Origin: an archaeon
Lineage (GTDB): Archaea > Nanobdellota > Nanobdellia > Woesearchaeales > UBA9642
Direction of reading: 5' to 3'
DNA: 64,000 nucleotides
Assembly (NCBI GenBank): GCA_020057295.1
Contig: JAGVGF010000002.1
Span: forward strand, 24,776-88,775
Within the stretch, counting starts at the first letter, position 1. Each line of letters begins with the position of its first letter. The notes beneath the pieces are model-generated. The model was not told where the DNA came from and searched no databases. It saw nothing but the letters and a program-made list of their open reading frames with translations. Both the position numbers and the translations under genes were made by a program. Positions 60,202-64,000 of the stretch are shown here, one piece after another.

Positions 60202-62088
60202 ATGTGCGGAATAAACGGATTTAATTGGGAAGATAAGAATTTAATTAGTTCTATGAATAAAAACATTAAACATAGAGGTCCAGACGATCAAGGAACATTT
60301 GTGAGTAATAGATTAAGTCTAGCTCAAGTAAGATTATCGATTATAGATTTGACGCCAGCAGGTCATAATCCTATGTTTTATGATAAAAAAACAGGTGCAT
60401 TTTCAGAAAGACATCAAAAACATTTAATGAATGATGCTAAATTAGGAATAGTTTTTAATGGAGAAATATACAATTATCAAGATATTAAATCTGAACTAGA
60501 ATTAAAAGGATACGCTTTTTCAACAAAATGTGACACCGAAGTCATACTAGCAAGTTATCTCGAGTGGGGATATGATTGTGTTAAGCATTTTAATGGAATG
60601 TGGGCATTCTGTATATATGATTCTAAGAAGAAAATCTTATTTTGTTCAAGAGATAGACTTGGAGTAAAACCATTCTATTACTATTATAAGAACGGAAAAT
60701 TCATATTCAGTTCAGAACTCAAGGGAATATTAGCACACAAGAATTTAAAGATTAACACTAAAGAAAATATTAACAAAGATGCAGTACAATTATACTTCTC
60801 ATTAGGATTTGTACCATCACCATATTCCATATATCATGACGTATTTAAACTTGAAGCTAGACAGAATTTGATATTTGATCTTTCATCTAAAAAAATTAAG
60901 AGACAATGGTATTATTATGAGATTCCAAAACTAAATCCTGTTCATGATAAGAAGAAATTGATAGAAGAAGGTCGAGAAATATTAAGAGATGCTGTCAGAA
61001 TAAGAATTATTGCAGATGTTCCTGTAGGAGCATTCTTATCAGGAGGATTGGATAGTTCAACCGTAGTTGGTGTGATGAAAGATTTTACTGAATTAAAAAA
61101 ATTACACACATTTTCCATAGGTTTTGAAGGAAAATACGATGAAACAAAATATATTAATATAGTAAAAAACTATTTTGGAACAAAACACCATCATTATTAT
61201 TTCAAAGAGAAAGATTTTGAAAATTTGATAGATACATACTCGTTTATGTATGATGAACCATTTTGGGATTATTCAGGATTTCCAACATACAAAGTTTCAG
61301 AATTAGCAAAAAAGCATGTAACAGTGTGTTTAAGCGGTGATGGTGGGGATGAAATATTTGGAGGATATAATACTCATGTTGCAGGATATCGTATGGATTT
61401 AATATATAAATTACCAAGATTTTTACGTTTTATTGGTTCTAAAATACCTGCAAGGAAGAATTTAAACGGCTTTGCTTCAGCGTATTTATTAAAAGAAGCA
61501 TTTAAAGCATCCCTTAAAGATAAAAAATATTTTTATGCTACAGCAATATCAGAAGACAGTATACGACCAGAAGTATATAAAAAAATAACAATTCAAAAAT
61601 TAGACTATGCATTAAAAAAAGGAAACAATAAACTTTCAGAAGCTTTACGAATTTATGATCTAATGTCCAATTCTTTACAGGATAATTTTTTGGTTAAGGT
61701 AGATCGCGCATCGATGATGCACGCACTTGAAGTAAGGAGTCCTTTTTTAGATTATAGATTTGTAGAATTTGCTCAAAAAATACCTTCAGAATGGAAACAA
61801 AATTCTATTAAAACAAAGATTCTCATGAGAGAAATAATTAAAGATATTGTTCCAAAAGAAATAGTAAATCGTGGAAAACAAGGTTTTAGCCCGCCAATCG
61901 ATAAATGGATACTACAAAAGAAATATTCTAAAGATTTTAAAAAATATATCGAGCAAATAAAATCTATTGACAGCGATATTTATTTATTCTATAAGAATAA
62001 AGTTTTTAAAAATGATAATGTATTATACACTAACTACAGAATAAGATTATATCTATTCGGCTTATGGAGTAAAAAATGGTTAAAGTAG
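60202..62088 (+). CDS. asnB: asparagine synthetase-type glutamine amidotransferase (AsnB/WbpS-like)
   Basis: 628 aa. N-terminal MCGI nucleophile, FNGEIYNY, and the PP-loop FLSGGLDSS. Confidence 0.8.
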   Translation: MCGINGFNWEDKNLISSMNKNIKHRGPDDQGTFVSNRLSLAQVRLSIIDLTPAGHNPMFYDKKTGAFSERHQKHLMNDAKLGIVFNGEIYNYQDIKSELELKGYAFSTKCDTEVILASYLEWGYDCVKHFNGMWAFCIYDSKKKILFCSRDRLGVKPFYYYYKNGKFIFSSELKGILAHKNLKINTKENINKDAVQLYFSLGFVPSPYSIYHDVFKLEARQNLIFDLSSKKIKRQWYYYEIPKLNPVHDKKKLIEEGREILRDAVRIRIIADVPVGAFLSGGLDSSTVVGVMKDFTELKKLHTFSIGFEGKYDETKYINIVKNYFGTKHHHYYFKEKDFENLIDTYSFMYDEPFWDYSGFPTYKVSELAKKHVTVCLSGDGGDEIFGGYNTHVAGYRMDLIYKLPRFLRFIGSKIPARKNLNGFASAYLLKEAFKASLKDKKYFYATAISEDSIRPEVYKKITIQKLDYALKKGNNKLSEALRIYDLMSNSLQDNFLVKVDRASMMHALEVRSPFLDYRFVEFAQKIPSEWKQNSIKTKILMREIIKDIVPKEIVNRGKQGFSPPIDKWILQKKYSKDFKKYIEQIKSIDSDIYLFYKNKVFKNDNVLYTNYRIRLYLFGLWSKKWLK

Positions 62089-62915
62089 AATTGTATGAAC
62101 ATACCTATAAGCGAAAGAAACACTTTAGTTTTGGACAAAATTGGAAAGAGTATTTGAATTCTCTAAATGAAGATAAAATTAACGAAGCAAAGAAATCTCT
62201 TACCAGATTTTTGGGCGGAAAAGATAAAATACGAAATAAAACTTTTGTAGATATAGGTTGTGGCAGCGGATTATTCTCTCTTGCAGCGTTTCTACTGGGT
62301 GCAAAAAAAGTAGTAAGTGTAGATATAGATGATGCTTCTTTATACTGTGTAAACACACTTAGAAAAAAATATTCGTCTAATCCGGATAAATGGGTTGTAA
62401 AAAAGGGTTCTGCATTAGATAAATCATTTATGAAAAGACTAGGAAAATTTGACATAGTGTATAGTTGGGGAGTGCTTCATCATACAGGAAATATGTATCA
62501 GGCATTCGATAATCTAACAATGCTTTCTCATGAAAAAAGTATAATCTATTTGGCAATATATAATAATAATAGAATATTTTTTGAAGGAACATCCCCTTTC
62601 TGGCTTAAAATCAAAAAGATTTATAATTCCTCAAATAAAATTATTAAAAAATGTATTTATTATATATATACATTATATCTCATATTTGGAATAACTGTAT
62701 CAGGAAAAAATACTATAAAATATATTAAGGATTATCATACATTACGTGGAATGAACTTTTTTACTGATATAAAAGACTGGCTTGGCGGATATCCTTACGA
62801 ATATGCGTCAACGCAAGAAATTACTGATTATTTCAAAAATCTAGGTTATATTGCTAAAAAAATCAGCAAAGCAAGATCATTAGGATGCAATGAATATTTG
62901 ATTGGTCGTCTTTAA
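62076..62915 (+). CDS. class I SAM-dependent methyltransferase
   Basis: 279 aa. FVDIGCGSGLFSL (motif I), VYSWGVLHH. Confidence 0.55.
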   Translation: MVKVELYEHTYKRKKHFSFGQNWKEYLNSLNEDKINEAKKSLTRFLGGKDKIRNKTFVDIGCGSGLFSLAAFLLGAKKVVSVDIDDASLYCVNTLRKKYSSNPDKWVVKKGSALDKSFMKRLGKFDIVYSWGVLHHTGNMYQAFDNLTMLSHEKSIIYLAIYNNNRIFFEGTSPFWLKIKKIYNSSNKIIKKCIYYIYTLYLIFGITVSGKNTIKYIKDYHTLRGMNFFTDIKDWLGGYPYEYASTQEITDYFKNLGYIAKKISKARSLGCNEYLIGRL

Positions 62916-62932
62916 GTACGAATTGTATAATC

Positions 62933-63994
62933 TTATTCTTGATTATAATTATCTGGAGAAGTTACTGAACGTATACTCTTAGAATTTATGTACGTTTGCA
63001 TAGATTCTTTTTTATTATCATACAATGATTTATTTCTTGTTATTACACACGTGATAAAGAATAGAAACTTTCTAATAAATCTAGGTATAATAAAAGGTAT
63101 GGATAAAAATAATATTTTTATAGAATGTACTTTTTTATTTAATTTGAATACATAAAGCATGTTTTCCCTATAATTACCAGAAAAAGTCGTAGCGATATAA
63201 GATTCGCCAAACACTTCAATCGATACTCCGCTATATTTGAGTTTTGATAAGTTTTTTCCCGTTTGTTTTTCTATCGTGTCAATTAGATCGTAGTATCCCT
63301 CTACAAATATTTTAAGATGATCTATGTTAGTATAAACTAGATTATTATTTTTTGTATTATCTGTAATAGCGTGATTAAATAGATAAAAATTTATATTATT
63401 TTCAATTGATGCTAATATAGCAATATGCAGATGTGGCCAAATATCGCTAAATTTAGGATATTTTTTAATTATTTTCTTAGAATATGTAGCTGGTATAATT
63501 ATATTACTTAATAATCCCATGCTTGTCAGATATCTTTTGAACATAGAATCATTAATACTAATATTATAAGAGCCTTCTTTTAATCCTTTATAAAAAGAGA
63601 AAGATTTACCATCTTTTGATATCGAGTTAAGCAGGAATATTTTTTTTCTTTCGGAAATTAGATTCATTATTTGCGGAAGCTTGTCTTTTATTATTAAATC
63701 GTCATCACCCAAAAACCATATAAATTCTCCTCGAGCTTTCTCTATTATCTTTAAAATATTTCCCTTACATTTAAGGTTGATCTTGTTTCTATGATATCTT
63801 ATCTTTTTTTCTTTTGCATATTTTTTTTTATATAATTCAAAAGTTCCGTCATCAGAAGCATTATCTGAAATCAGAATTTCGATATCATTAAAATTAAATT
63901 TTTTAATTTGATTTAATGTATTATCTACCAACCTTTCTAAATATTTTCTCCTATTCCATGTCGGAATTCCTATCGTTAATTTAATATTTTTCAT
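62933..63994 (-). CDS. family 2 glycosyltransferase
   Basis: 353 aa. IGIPTWNRRKYL..., ISDNASDDGT, and a DDD acidic motif. Confidence 0.65.
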   Translation of the reverse strand: MKNIKLTIGIPTWNRRKYLERLVDNTLNQIKKFNFNDIEILISDNASDDGTFELYKKKYAKEKKIRYHRNKINLKCKGNILKIIEKARGEFIWFLGDDDLIIKDKLPQIMNLISERKKIFLLNSISKDGKSFSFYKGLKEGSYNISINDSMFKRYLTSMGLLSNIIIPATYSKKIIKKYPKFSDIWPHLHIAILASIENNINFYLFNHAITDNTKNNNLVYTNIDHLKIFVEGYYDLIDTIEKQTGKNLSKLKYSGVSIEVFGESYIATTFSGNYRENMLYVFKLNKKVHSIKILFLSIPFIIPRFIRKFLFFITCVITRNKSLYDNKKESMQTYINSKSIRSVTSPDNYNQE

Positions 63995-64000
63995 TTCAGA

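Noticed and set aside
7833-62088. Possibility that TAG is reassigned genome-wide (amber recoding), prompted by the in-frame TAG in ksgA
   Set aside because: TAG cleanly terminates several well-delimited genes: 21639..22226, 25450..27762, 34970..35557, 55735..56406 and 60202..62088. Further in-frame stops follow within a few codons. TAA and TGA are also used as stops. No other conserved gene in the window shows an internal TAG.
773-62455. Many 60-150 aa ORFs on the strand opposite to confidently assigned genes (for example 773..1042, 1966..2193, 2154..2348 over tRNA-Leu, 4108..4374, 5623..5874, 8312..8512, 9939..10124, 11329..11823, 12723..12914, 13652..13912, 14447..14701, 18467..18649, 19368..19601, 20143..20337, 20785..20967, 21637..21885, 22333..22548, 23166..23609, 24142..24351, 24608..24889, 28085..28318, 29906..30112, 32311..32580, 33235..33432, 33973..34449, 36507..36695, 37292..37805, 39289..39477, 40007..40216, 40612..40905, 41704..41889, 42410..42592, 43717..43947, 47596..48556, 49442..49645, 51129..52052, 52497..52688, 53841..54164, 54590..54793, 55705..56198, 56483..56692, 57360..57749, 58724..59272, 59498..59689, 62105..62455)
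   Set aside because: These are shadow ORFs expected in AT-rich DNA. They have low-complexity or hydrophobic translations from antisense of real genes and no motifs, and they fully overlap better-supported genes.

Overview
This is an AT-rich archaeal chromosomal segment. It contains archaeal-type ribosomal proteins (L18e, S13/S4/S11), RpoN/RpoD, a split transketolase, AglB/STT3 and replication factor C. Compact gene spacing, many small membrane proteins, large surface proteins and a type-IV-filament ATPase suggest a small-genome, DPANN-like lineage, but this is inference. The layout in window order is: (1) a TrmB-like regulator, then the conserved S13-S4-S11-RpoD-[tRNA-Leu]-L18e-L13-S9-RpoN operon on the minus strand; (2) a mixed housekeeping stretch (hydrolases, tRNA-His, an interrupted KsgA gene, SufS-like cysteine desulfurase, MazG-like protein, two DsbA/thioredoxin-like exported proteins); (3) a non-oxidative pentose-phosphate cluster (rpe, rpiB, split tkt) with a K+ channel gene lodged between the transketolase halves; (4) ApbE-like protein, hypotheticals, PEP synthase; (5) an oversized secretion-type ATPase plus polytopic membrane partner (type IV pilus/archaellum-like), followed by a two-gene cassette (HExxH protein plus an H-G-T motif ADP-ribosyltransferase-like protein) and a Zn-ribbon mini-ORF ending at tRNA-Phe; (6) a possible HhH DNA glycosylase, RFC large subunit, a nucleotidyltransferase/PP-loop pair, HD protein, GTPase, TyrRS, a free-standing LAGLIDADG homing endonuclease abutting tRNA-Trp; (7) a ~23 kb cell-envelope island: four large secreted/anchored proteins (one PKD-repeat, one with an OMP-like C-terminal beta-signal), an ArnE/ArnF-like pair of 4-TM proteins, AglB oligosaccharyltransferase, an ArnT/PMT-like GT-C enzyme, three GT2 and two GT4 glycosyltransferases, three SAM methyltransferases and an AsnB amidotransferase. 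No rRNA, CRISPR array or transposase was seen. The most unusual features are the Arn-like lipid-linked sugar module next to AglB, the ART-like cassette next to tRNA-Phe, the in-frame TAG in ksgA, and the K+ channel nested in the tkt operon.
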